64,000 nt of DNA from NCBI GenBank assembly GCA_002104905.1, contig MCFE01000211.1:63748-127747 (forward strand), in the 5' to 3' direction. Within the stretch, counting starts at the first letter, position 1. Each line of letters begins with the position of its first letter. The notes below the pieces were generated by a model. It did no database searches and was not told the origin of the DNA. It was given only the letters and a program-made list of their open reading frames with translations. Made by a program: the position numbers and the translations under genes. This DNA is from Basidiobolus meristosporus CBS 931.73. Lineage: Eukaryota; Fungi; Basidiobolomycota. Below are positions 12,101-23,129 of this stretch, piece by piece.

Positions 12101-13813
12101 AGCTGGGGGATCAATTTTTACTCCAGAAATTAGCTGATCTTTGATCATTTTGCTCAAATAATCAAAATTGATGTGCCCTAATCTCCTGTGCCAAAGCATT
12201 GATGTTTCCTCATTTAAGTTACTTATATTGGCTTCCAAATATGATGGAATATAAGTCAATCTGTATAGATTCTGATCTCTGATACCCAAAGCAATATGGG
12301 CACCATTTTGATCAGTGATCTTGCATCCAGAATTGTCAAAGCTGAAACTGAGTCCTTCTGCTGTGGCCTTGCTTACAGATAGTAGGTTCTTGGCTATTCC
12401 TGGTACATAGAGTACTTCTTTAAAGGTCAGTGTATGGCTTCCTTCACTGCTTCTTAGGTTTACTTTGATAGTTCCTTCTCCCACTGCATCAAGTGTTCTG
12501 TTGTCACCAATGAAAACCTGCTTAATTGGAATTTCTTGATATTGGGTAAGAAGTTCTTTTTGGTGTGTAAAGTGTTGAGAAGCTCCAGAGTCAATATACA
12601 ACGTCTGAGAATCCTTGTTTGTGGTCATATTTAGTGCAGATATGAATAGTCTATCTTCAGTTGTTGCAGCATTTCCATATTCAGGCTTCTTTGGCTGATT
12701 ATCTTTCTTTTTGAGGCACTAGTCTGATGTGTGTCCTTTCCTTTTGCAGTAGTTGCAAAACAGGTTGCTGTTGCCTTTGTAGGGTCTTTGGTACCTCCTT
12801 TGTTGGCTATCATTGCTTATTAATGCATTTTCTTCTTCCTTCTTATTTGTGCTTGATTTTCTTAATTCTTCATCCAGGAGCCTTCCATATGCGTAATTTA
12901 AGGTCAAATCTTCAGTCCTGGACTCTTGGGCTGATACAAGGCCCTGAAACTTGTCTGTCAGGCTATTCAGGATGGTAATCATCACATCCTCTTCAGTAGT
13001 TGGTACACCCACAGATTCCATCTCATCTACCAGCAGGGTAATTCTGTTAATTAGATTTTTCATTTCTTCTCCTGGCAGCATCTTTGTAGTAGAGAACTTT
13101 TGTCTCAGATACATTTTCTTGGCAGCTGAACATCACTGGTAGGTGTCTTCTAATGCCTTCCAGGCATTCTTTGCCATTTTTGCTCTTGAGCATTGAATAA
13201 GCAAATTGTCTTTAACATTAAGGCAAATGCAGTTAAAGGCACTTTGTTCTTTCTTCTGGTACTTGAAGGCTTCCTCTCCCATGCTTTTAGGAGGGCACTC
13301 TTCTCCCATGACAGTATCCCAAAGGCCTCTTTCTTGTAGCAGCATCTTCATCTTCACCTTCCACACTTAGTAGTTAGATCCATCCAACTTTTCAGCAGAG
13401 GGAAAAATTCCAGTAATAGCAGTAGTAGACATTGCAGAGAGTGACAGCTTGGGGCTCATAACCTGTTGTAAGAGTCTTGGAGATATTGGAAGTGATTGGG
13501 AGAACAAGTAGATTATGTGGTTTTCACTTAATGATTTATTGAATGTAAAAGTAGTATTTATACTTTTACCTGGTCTTGGCATTACAAACATGTAGAATAG
13601 ATTAAGTGAAGGTCCCAAAAACATGTATGCAAGGTTTGGGGCTGTTTGGACAACTTTGAGAATTTTCATGTTCTGGGTACCAGGTATTTTGGTGAAAATA
13701 TTCCAAGTAAATCCCAACAAGGAATTTGGTCAGTATTTTCTAGGATTTGAAGGTGATGATCAAAGTGACTAAGTTAGGTGAATATTTAGGTGGAAATACA
13801 AATTTTAACAACA
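9128..13813 (-). mobile_element. Ty1/copia LTR retrotransposon, family 1, two LTRs, degenerate gag-pol
   Basis: LTRs 13464-13813 (5') and 9128-9476 (3'), TGTTG...CAACA, ~95% identical (about 16 differences counted by eye). TSD GAATC at 9123-9127 and 13814-13818. PBS GGTTATGAGCCC; PPT GAGTGGGAG. Domain order gag (ATG 13432, CCHC knuckle), protease (IDSGAS), integrase (HSDLCG, FIDDYTR), RT (KARLVAKGY, YVDD), RNase H (YSDADWG). Stops and frameshifts present. Confidence 0.95.
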
Positions 13814-14801
13814 GAATCACCCCTCTTTATTTGCTTACCCACTACTACCTTGGGTATTCCACATATAGTTTGAATCAAAAAAAATTATGGCCTCCTGCTT
13901 GCTAACCTCTACAAATGCACACGCCTGCTACAATTAACATACTTCTATCATCCCAAATTTATAGCTTTTTAGTGTGATACTTGCAAAGTTGCCATATACC
14001 TTGTACTGATGGTAACATATACATCTTGCAAACATATGCTTAGTTGCCATCACTTCTGCCATGAATACCTCCTCAATATCTGCAAAGAACTTTTGGATAT
14101 TCGGCCAATATATTCCTTCTCCCTGCTGGATTCCAGTCCCCCTTATAGGTGTGCTCTGACTCTTGTTTGTGTAAATTCTGTATTGAACAGTGTAGAAGTT
14201 GGCTTGTGACCATGAGAAATCCTGCATATCTTAGTAGAGTTTTCCCAATAAAAACAGTTGCTAGTTGCACCCAACCCAACTTTGTATTACTTAACTGATT
14301 ATCCACACATTGAGGCTGCTGAGCTTCTTAATGCCATAGGCATAGGTGTCTCCATGTGCACATCTGTCCTCAGTATTTTCCAACTCTTCCTGGCTGTCCT
14401 CCATGTGTCAACTCATCACATCCATCATGGACTTGAAAGAAATATTCTTAATGAGATTGGGATATGGCAGTACCTGCAACTTGACTTGTCCTCCTAGTCT
14501 CCCCACACATCTGCTCCACAGGAAACTCCCAAAAGGTGAAGTAAGGCCCATTATTCTCCACACACCAAGCTGGATGGAGTAGAGAATGGATACAGTAGCA
14601 GCAGAGATCTACATGTTCAGCTTTATGTTTGTAGTATAGCCACTGAAATCCTGTTACAAACTCCTTGCACAACAGCTGTAGATGTGTCAAATTGGCATTG
14701 GTAATCTGCTTCTGGATAAATATTGCTACAATGCCCCCATAAGACTTCCAATGCTTCCAATGTACTCTTGGTAGGAATGGCCTCAGAACACCACTTGAAT
14801 A

Positions 14802-15152
14802 TGCTGTAAGAGTCTTGGAGATATTGGAAGTGATTGGGAGAACAAGTAGATTATGTGGTTTTCACTTAATGATTTATTGAATGTAAAAGTAGTATTTATA
14901 ATTTTACCTGGTCTTGGCATTACAAACATGTAGAATAGGTTAAGTGATGGTCCCAAGAACATGTGTGCAAGGTTTGGGGCTGTTTGGACAACTTTGAGAA
15001 TTTTCATTTTCTGGGTACCTGGTATTTTGGTGAAAATATTCTAAGTAAATCCCAACAAGGAATTTGGTCAGTATTCTCTTGGATTTGAAGGTGATGATCT
15101 AAGTGACTAAGTTAGGTGAATATTTAGGTGGAAATACAAATTCTTTACAACA
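14802..15152 (-). mobile_element. Solo LTR of copia family 1
   Basis: Full-length LTR copy flanked by the 5-bp direct repeat GAATA (14797-14801 and 15153-15157). The flanks rejoin into CACTA transposase sequence (compare ~25741-25775). Confidence 0.92.
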
Positions 15153-15866
15153 GAATAAATACCTATCCAGTTCATCCTGTCTTTGCATTTGTTTTGTTGC
15201 ATATGTGTATAAATATTGATTGGAGTTCATGAGAAGTACATAGGGTAAGCGGATACTCTGTAATATCTTTCCAATTCTGTCAAATTTCTCCAGTATCTTG
15301 AGGGGCTTGTTTAGCTTGAAATGCCCATGTACAACTTGGTCATCATTATAGGGATATTGTTGAAAAGCAAATGCATTGCTCCCAGTGGAAAGCTTTTGTT
15401 CAAACAGATACACTCTATCTTAAGTATCTCCAGTTTCTAATTGATTCCATATTCCAGCCAATGGCTTGCAGCTTGCCAACTTTGCTGCAATTTCATGCTG
15501 ACTTCTGCATGTTCTCTCTGTGGGAAGATGATGTTCTTAGTGTTGGAGTTTAGGTAATAATAAAGTGTGTGAGTTATGGAATAATTCCCCTAGACCTCAC
15601 ACAATTAACAGCAGTACCATCCATTGTGCCCAGAAAAGCTGGCTATCTTGCTGATAGCTGGGGTATCTCCAATGCAGATAATAATAGACTTGTTCCGTTG
15701 GATAGTGCCACATAGTGCCAGCCGGTTTATAGTGCCGGATCGATCTGGCACTCTATCACTATCTGGCACTATAATTTCTACCATGATGCCAGTGGTATGA
15801 TACAGTTACTGGTAATTTTACTCAATCTTACTTATGTTGCTCAGAATAGTGCTTTCCTTGCTTTAT

Positions 15867-16751
15867 TTACTCTTCATAATGCTCCAGACACATTTCTCTC
15901 AGTGGATGTCTTCTTGTATGAACATACTGTGCATTAATAAGTATCTTAACTATTTTACCTATTCTGCTGTTTTCACCTATATATGACTTTCCTCTGTATT
16001 TACCTGCCAATATGCTGAATCTCTTCAGATATCCAAATGTGTGCTCTACCCTTACTCTGAAATGATTAAATATCTCATTGTAGAGCTTCTGCTTCCTGCT
16101 AAGCACACCATTCCTTGGCTTCCTATAAGCTGTAATACATCCTAATCTCTGACAATCCTCTCCTATATAGGCCAAGTCTGCCATACATTTCTCCCCTCTA
16201 CTGAATTCAGGATGATTCTCTACCCAGAGTGCTTTGTCATGCCTACTTCCAGCAAATGGCCCACTAAACCAGATGATGTTACCCTCAATGTCAGACAGTG
16301 CTTGAAGCTTCACACAGTGTGCCTTGTACTTGCCAGAATAAAAGTGCCTCTGCCCTCTAGAAGGTCTGTTAATCCTCACTGGGAAGGTATCCAAAATACT
16401 CCTGATATGGAACCTGTTGCTGAACACTCTGGGATATGGAAGTCTATTGGAGCTTCTGAACCTAGTATTCCAAGCTTGCTCTAAGTCATTCATACCCTCT
16501 GCAAGGTGGTTCTCCATTGCTGTCAGCTGGGAATGAAAGCTTCTAGGACTTTTGTTGCCATGGATGGTGGGATGAAACCTTGTAGGGCAATAGTTCTTGT
16601 AATAGCAGAGAAGCTTAACAAGGGATCTCCTTGAGTAGATTGGGGTTGATGGTCCACAATACTTGGAATAGATCTCCTCCAGTGTGTCAAAAGAAAATCC
16701 AGTGGTAGTGATGGGATTGATGAGAAAAGACCATTCAGATGAGTAAGTCAT
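15867..16751 (-). CDS. DDE transposase (DDE_Tnp_4 / Harbinger-IS5-like), 294 aa, intact and intronless
   Basis: Catalytic triad motifs ILD121TFPV..NRP, FYSGKYKAH..KLQ, GPFAGSRHD, AD192LAY and RVRVE236HTFGYLKRF. No internal stop. Confidence 0.9.
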   Translation of the reverse strand: MTYSSEWSFLINPITTTGFSFDTLEEIYSKYCGPSTPIYSRRSLVKLLCYYKNYCPTRFHPTIHGNKSPRSFHSQLTAMENHLAEGMNDLEQAWNTRFRSSNRLPYPRVFSNRFHIRSILDTFPVRINRPSRGQRHFYSGKYKAHCVKLQALSDIEGNIIWFSGPFAGSRHDKALWVENHPEFSRGEKCMADLAYIGEDCQRLGCITAYRKPRNGVLSRKQKLYNEIFNHFRVRVEHTFGYLKRFSILAGKYRGKSYIGENSRIGKIVKILINAQYVHTRRHPLREMCLEHYEE

Positions 16752-17110
16752 ATTAAAATTGATGGATGATTGTATGGAGGCGGTTTGAATTGATTCGGCG
16801 CAATCTGCGTTATTTATCTGATTTTTAACACATTATGGTTAAATCTCCATCAATTGCCATGTATCCCATCATTATGTCGCAAAAATCATCCGCAAACAAT
16901 GCCTTGGTACTTTTATTGATGCTTTAATCATAGGTCTATAATCAAATAGGAAATCTGCGATTGATGTGATCTGATCCATGTCAACGTGATCCGAGATGCA
17001 TCATGCATAATATATGGAAAATTCAACAATCACTTTAGTTTTCATATATATTTCATATAAGTCCAGGTTGATGCCAATATACTGCTGTATAAGTATCCAA
17101 ATCCGTTGCT

Positions 17111-18373
17111 ATGGTCCCCATACCAAGCCTCAACTCATCTTTAGTACAACCCAGACAAAACCCATCCCCCAGCTCACAAGCATGGTCCGGACCGGAAAAG
17201 TCAATGTCGGATCCGTTCGAGTTCTTGCCAAATGATTTTAGTATGGCCCAAGTGTCTATGATGAGCCTTCATACAGATATTTGGGCACTACTGATTAATC
17301 TAGCAGAACTAGATACCTCAGAGAGTCAACAAAGATGGAAGAATTTGAGTAGAAAGCTGTGGCATGAGTTCTACATCAAGATGCCAGCCAATGTATGTAA
17401 AAAGATATATAACAAGACAAGTATTGAAATCAAGAATGAGCTGAGAGTGAGGGGATTTGACAAGGAAGCCGTGCGGGAACGATTCCGTGCGCAATTTGCA
17501 CAGTACGGGCCGGACGCGTCCGTTTGTGCCTCAACTTTGGGAACCAAAGAGATTTTGAATGAGTTTTTGCCTCAAATGACCAATGTACTACGTGATATAT
17601 TAGTAGAGCTAAGTGACTTCCAAGAGCAATATACACAGGACTCATCCAGGCAACAGCTCCAAAGTATCAGACAGAGGGTAAGTGAATACCTTGAGGAATC
17701 AGATGGTGAGCTTCAGGAGGAAGAATACAGACCGCGAGCAACATCGTCCAGATCGCGCCAGCACGCCTTGCTGGATTCCCTACCATCTCTTGCAACCACA
17801 GCACGCCGGCACACGTCAGTCCAGACTACGCCAACACCCTTTACCAGAATGTCCCGCGTCAAGTCAATGCGCATTGAGTCAACGCGTGTCGGGTCAACGC
17901 GCGCGCTTCAGAGCAAAACTACCAGAACTCGCCAAACTGCTCATTTAGACACAAGTCCATTGGAGCGGACCGAGTCGCGTCAACATGCGGCATCACATTG
18001 AACTCAGCCAAGGGCCATCTCAACGCGTCAAGGCGCACCTGCGCGTGCCGTTTTGCCTGACCATCAGCGAGTTACTTCTGGTGAACTGACTGATGATGAC
18101 CAACATGAAGTGACTCAACCACCGGAGCCCTTGGCAAGTAAAAGAACGCGTCAGCGCGTGGCACTACAGGCCGGTTCAGTTGGTTCAGTTGGAGCAATTC
18201 AGCGCGGCCAAGCTGCAGCATCGCACTCATCAACTAGGAGGCAAATTACTGACTATTAATACACAAGTAGCCAAGATGATAGTCAGCCAGGAAGTAGTAT
18301 AGGTGTGCAAAGTGAGTCACTACCAAATGCTTCAGTAGTAATCCCTGTGAGAAAAAAACCCAGGAGAAGATGA
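17111..18373 (+). pseudogene. ORF2 of the PHIS element: Myb/SANT(trihelix)-like N-terminus, long disordered tail, basic C-terminus; two in-frame stops in this copy
   Basis: IWALL...QRWKNLSRKLWHEFYIKMPANVCKKIYNK resembles a trihelix/MADF pattern. The frame continues past TGA 17999-18001 and TAA 18257-18259 to ...VIPVRKKPRRR* at 18373. The copy at 62812+ has CAA and AAA at those two codons. Confidence 0.7.
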
Positions 18374-20535
18374 TGCGATTGCTTTGAATTGCTCACATTT
18401 GTAATGATCCCGACAACCCTTTTTTTTTGCGATCCAAATCGAGCCATCTCAAATCAGTGATCATCAAATTTTTGATATAAGTAATATCAAGGTCGTCTCA
18501 CATTTGAGACAGAACCCCTATAAATAAACACCCTGCATATATATACGTCATCTGTAATACCAGTGCAGCTATTGGATCTGTTTTGCACCTACACAATTGC
18601 TTGCATGCTAGCTATGACACCTTGCCCAATCACTAGGATCAGGGATTTACTTGCTCAATGGGCTAAATGGGATATTTGATGGCGAATCAGGTAGCTTTTT
18701 CAGTAGTCAATGAGCCAATTGGGGGCTGCCAGCTTCAGGATACTTTTGGACCAATTAACCACTGAGATACCGTCCAATTGGAGTGAGGGTAACCAAAATG
18801 GTAAGTATCAGTGTAGTTTATAGTGTGATACACATTTATTTCCATTTACATTAAAGAAACATATCCAAATACCGGATTTTACCTGCCATTATAGCGGTAT
18901 CCGATTGCGCACGTGATGCAAGCATTACAAGTTGGCGCGATCATCCGCGCCAACCTCATCGTGTCAGATTGTGCCATAGTGTGTGAGATTGTCCCGCATA
19001 GTGCGAAATTGTCCAAGAACAATCATGCCTTCTGGTAGCTATAATATCGCGCCCAATCGTTCTTTGCAACCGCGGATCGCGCCACGCGCCCTGGCACAGT
19101 ACGATGGAACAAGTCTAATATGCACTTTGCATGACACCCATATACTGTTATCCTGCTGGAAAGCATACAAACTCACTCAGCAATGGATGCAGGTAGCTAT
19201 CCAGGTTGGATGGCAATTTAGGTCCTGATACCAGTGAGACTACAATCATATTTCTGCACTGATACCATATGATAGGTGGGAGATCCAGGTTAATGAGAAT
19301 CAGTGGCCAGCAGGATTTGCTGGTAGAGTACTTCTTCAATGAGAATACATCAAGTGCTAAGGCAATGGTGTGGTCATAAATACCTTCAAAGTAGCCCTTG
19401 CTTCTTATCTGTTTATGTTACTTGCCATTGAATATATTGGATATATTTGCGCTTGTTTGATACTGAGTGGGGTACTTTATAGCTTTGCAATAGTTGCCAG
19501 ACTGCCTGAGCTTCTGTAGACAGGGTATTACTGGAATATATCCGGAGTGTGAACAATGTTTTCCCTCAACAATGGTGGATTCCTGACAATTTGGACACAT
19601 TGCAATGGTGGCATTTTTGGATGTGAATGCCATGCCACTGTCAACACATGCTGAAATTAGGACAGTCTCTGGGTTGTATATTGCCAGCTGCATGCCGGTT
19701 GTCCACTTGCACCATGTACATGGCAAGTTGCATCCCTGAATGAATTTGGCAAGAAGTAGCGGTAAATCCTCAAGTCTGCATTACCAAAATTAGTGGAAAC
19801 ATGCCACTTCTCTAGCCACAACATTACATCAGTCACCAGTAGATGGATTACTGGCCTCACTTGGCTCCATAAAGTATCCTTGGCACTTGTTTCAACAGGT
19901 GTTGTCTCATTGTGTATTGGGATTTGACTGGTTTCATGTATGGTACTGTTGTTGGGGGAGATAGGCTCACAATCCATGAGTGAGCCTTCTTTGTCAGAGC
20001 TATCACTCTGTATGCCATATTCAAAAGGCTGTGGTGAGCCTAAAGGCATCACAAACTAACCTGACTCAGTTTGCACAAGGTGACAAAGATGGCCAGGTGC
20101 CAATATAGAAGTATCAGCTGGCTTGCAAGATAATGTTTGTTCAGTAGTAACTGATGAATGGTTAAATATGACTTGTGTGGCAAAACACTGGCCATGATCC
20201 TTGTAATACTTCCTATGCTGTCTGCATGCTTCATGGCTGAGAGGCTTGCTACAACAGCCACGTGGTCTTTTTCCTCTTCTCTTAGAGTACTGAATCAAAG
20301 TAGTCTTGTCCATGGGGCAAACAGTTTGACATTCAACAATGTAATGCTATTATAACACTTTTTGGTCAATATTCATGTGAATTTAAGACTGTCTTGTATT
20401 TGAGACATTGCACCTACATGAATGTAAGATTCAATGATGACCTGCCATAGTAAGCATTTTAAATAAAGTTGTGGCACTACATACACATGTATATGTATCA
20501 CTATTTCCCCTTTGGTTTGACTCACTTCCATATAT

Positions 20536-22884
20536 ATGCTGCCAAAAAATAAAGCAATGTTGTCTGGTTCCCAACCAAGCCCCACCACTAATGGCAGCAG
20601 AAGAACAGTTGGACAACAGCTTGCTTTGACATTCAGTGCAACAAGCAGGGCTACATCCAAAAAAGGCCATGTTGACAGTGTGCCCACTGAAGGTAATAAT
20701 GAGGACTCCTCAGGCTCTCAGTCAAGTAGGTAATTAAGAACCTCTGCAGAGCTACAAGCTGACTGCTATGCTCAGGCAGATGACAATGTAGCAAACACAG
20801 TACTCTCAGTTGAAGACCAGCATGTGGCCATCATAACATCACCACCACCCAGATTAGCAAGTATGTTGTCAGCTCATACCAGAGTATAAATGAAGCTGTT
20901 GGGTGCAGTGGCTGATAGGATAGATGTAATGGCCCAGAGAAATCAGGAAATAGTTCAGAAGCAGGATAAGCAGATAATACATGTAGAGCAATCAATATCC
21001 CAGGTAGAGAAAGCAGTAACTTTGCTGCAAAGAAGGAACTCAAGTAGCTCAATGCCACTGGCAAGAATTGAGCCCTTTCCCAATGTGACAGCAGATGAAC
21101 TCTACAGTCTTTGAAGCACAACAACAGTGTCCACAGATAAAGCCCACAGAGAAACCTATCACAGCTTAGGAGGAAGACAATATGGTGTTTATACCAAAGC
21201 CTAAAAATCAAAAGACACTGAAGATCTGTGAAGCCATTGAGTGCCACAATGAAGAGTGGGCTAATATACAAGAGGCTATCAGAAGTCTAGCATGCCATTA
21301 CCTTAAGGCTGGCATACCCTGTGACCATCAGGAACTCAAGGCCAAGCAGAATGTGCTTGACTTGCTCCATGAGCGTTATCCTGGATTCAAACAGGCAAAC
21401 AGATTTTGGGCGGCATTGTTATGTTAAGAAAGTATCTTGAGGATAACAGAAACTATCAAAGGCAGAAGAACAAGGGTGTTATGGCTAAAAACCACCGGCT
21501 TCCTCAAGAGCCCAATGCAAGCAGGGCCAAAAGCTCTAAACAAGCGTCAAGAGATGTCAGGTAGCTGGAAGAGTGCCAATAAAGGACAAGCAGGCAGACA
21601 CAGATGCACCAGCATAACATTTGTCAAGGAAAAAGCATAGTACCACTCAAGAAGCACCCAGTTGAAATAGCAGTGAAGGACCTGGCAGTGACAAAAGCCA
21701 GTGGGTTTCTCAGGAGCCTGTCACAACTACAGCTGAAAGCTCAAAACCAGCGGAAAAGATGCTCAGGTTGCAGGAGTGTGCTAGCAAGAGACAAGTAGGC
21801 CAAAACAGATGTGCCAAGCAGAATTTATCAAGGAGAGAGAGTAGTTCATTACAAGAAGCACTCAGACAAAGTAGCAGTGAAAGACCTGGCAGTGTTAAAG
21901 GAAAAGGTAAAGGGAAAAATGTCTACCCAAGCCTGAGACAGGGAAGCATGCAAAAAAAATGCAGTTCTTGCCAATTAATGCCTCAAGCCCAGAACAGACT
22001 GAGTCCCATCATAGCCAAAAAGAATTACCAACAAGAAGACAGCTGTTTTCACTGGAGTTGGAAGCACAGCCAGTTTTGCTACAATCCAGTAGGTAGGTGA
22101 GTTTGCAGAAAAAGGCACTTTGTCTACCACAGCCTCCACATCCTTCATTGTTGATAGAGTGGAGATTCCACCAACAGACAAGGCTACAATGTCAAGAACT
22201 CAAAAGACTATCACAATGCCTTCAGTGGAATTTTGAAACATCAATAGGCACACTAAGAGGTAGCAGCACTTCTTCAAGTGGAGTGCTCTAGAATGTGCAC
22301 TTGAATATTGCAAGAATTTAATGCAAAGACTGGCAGATGAGGTGCTAGACCTTGCAGTGCTGCCTGAAAACCAGGTTGTGTGGGAACCAGTAAATGTACA
22401 GTGGCATAAAGCTGTTGGGTTCCTGCCAAAGTAATGGAAATGGAGCATTACAGCAGAAATACTTATTAAGTGGTGGATTTTAATGGAGTTACTTGTTGAG
22501 TGTGGGGTTGGGCTTAATGTTGGTTCTGGGTATAGGGACTTGTAATGGTCAACACATTTGGCAATTGAGGTACAACTGAAGTTTCAACAGAAATATATCA
22601 TTTTGTATATTTGAAAAATAAGAAAAACAGTTGAGTCAGGAAGTAAGGGGTGTGAAAAACAGACAATAGCCAATTAATGTACGCAGCATAGGAGGTGATT
22701 GGGTGTCTGGAATCAGAAGCTGAGCAAATTGACAAGGAACCAATCAAAAGCCACTTATATAACATTGACATGAAAAATTTTGACTAAGTTTTTTGTGAAA
22801 TCTGGGGTGCAATCTTTTTCAATGGTCTCTGCATGGTGTCCTGATTGGATCAGTACCTCTTAGTCATGGGACTCTAAATCTGTG
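20536..22884 (+). pseudogene. Decayed companion gene of the CACTA element plus degenerate right terminus
   Basis: Coiled-coil segment (VADRIDVMAQRNQEIVQKQDKQI), then KICEAIEC.NEEWANIQEAIRSLA...KAKQNVLDLLHERYPGFKQANRFWAAL, conserved in the copies at ~30290-30560 and ~58170-58420. It ends in the subterminal block ...cttagtcatgggactctaaatctgtg, homologous to the TAGTG end at 33556. Confidence 0.6.
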
Positions 22885-23129
22885 ATGGCCTTTTGAGGGG
22901 ATCATCACAATAATTTCTCATGGGGACTGAAGAAAGGTGTATTTCAAGGTGGGTCTGTTGTCTTTTCACTTTTGTCCCCATTCAGCATCAGAGTATCTTA
23001 AAAGATCATGTTCTGAGTTCTTATTAATGTAATTTAAGTAGATCTCAGTGGTTTCTTTTGAGTATCCAAAAATCTGCTCAACAGCTGCAATATGAATACA
23101 GATTGGCCATTAGGATCCCATAATGAGGC

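Larger units (their letters stand above)
15686..19116. mobile_element. Complete 3,431-bp PIF/Harbinger-related (PHIS, Pangu-like) DNA transposon with two divergent ORFs
   Basis: TIR AGACTTGTTCC (11 bp perfect, ~25 bp imperfect) at 15686 and 19106-19116. TSD AAT at 15683-15685 and 19117-19119. Removing the element and one TSD restores the CACTA frame KVHIICIGDTPA. Confidence 0.92.
8690..20313 (-). pseudogene. CACTA/EnSpm (Transposase_21/tnp2-like) transposase pseudogene split by three insertions (segments ~8690-9127, 13814-14801, 15153-15685, 19117-20313)
   Basis: Motifs ALD.F..KKYSTSKSCWPLILINLDLPP...VSLVSGPKLPSNLDSYLHPL, KVHIICIGDTPAISK..FSGHNG..CC..CEV (restored across the 15686-19116 insertion) and HSLLHPAWCVENNGPYFTFWEFPVEQMCG. 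Many stops and frameshifts. Confidence 0.75.
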
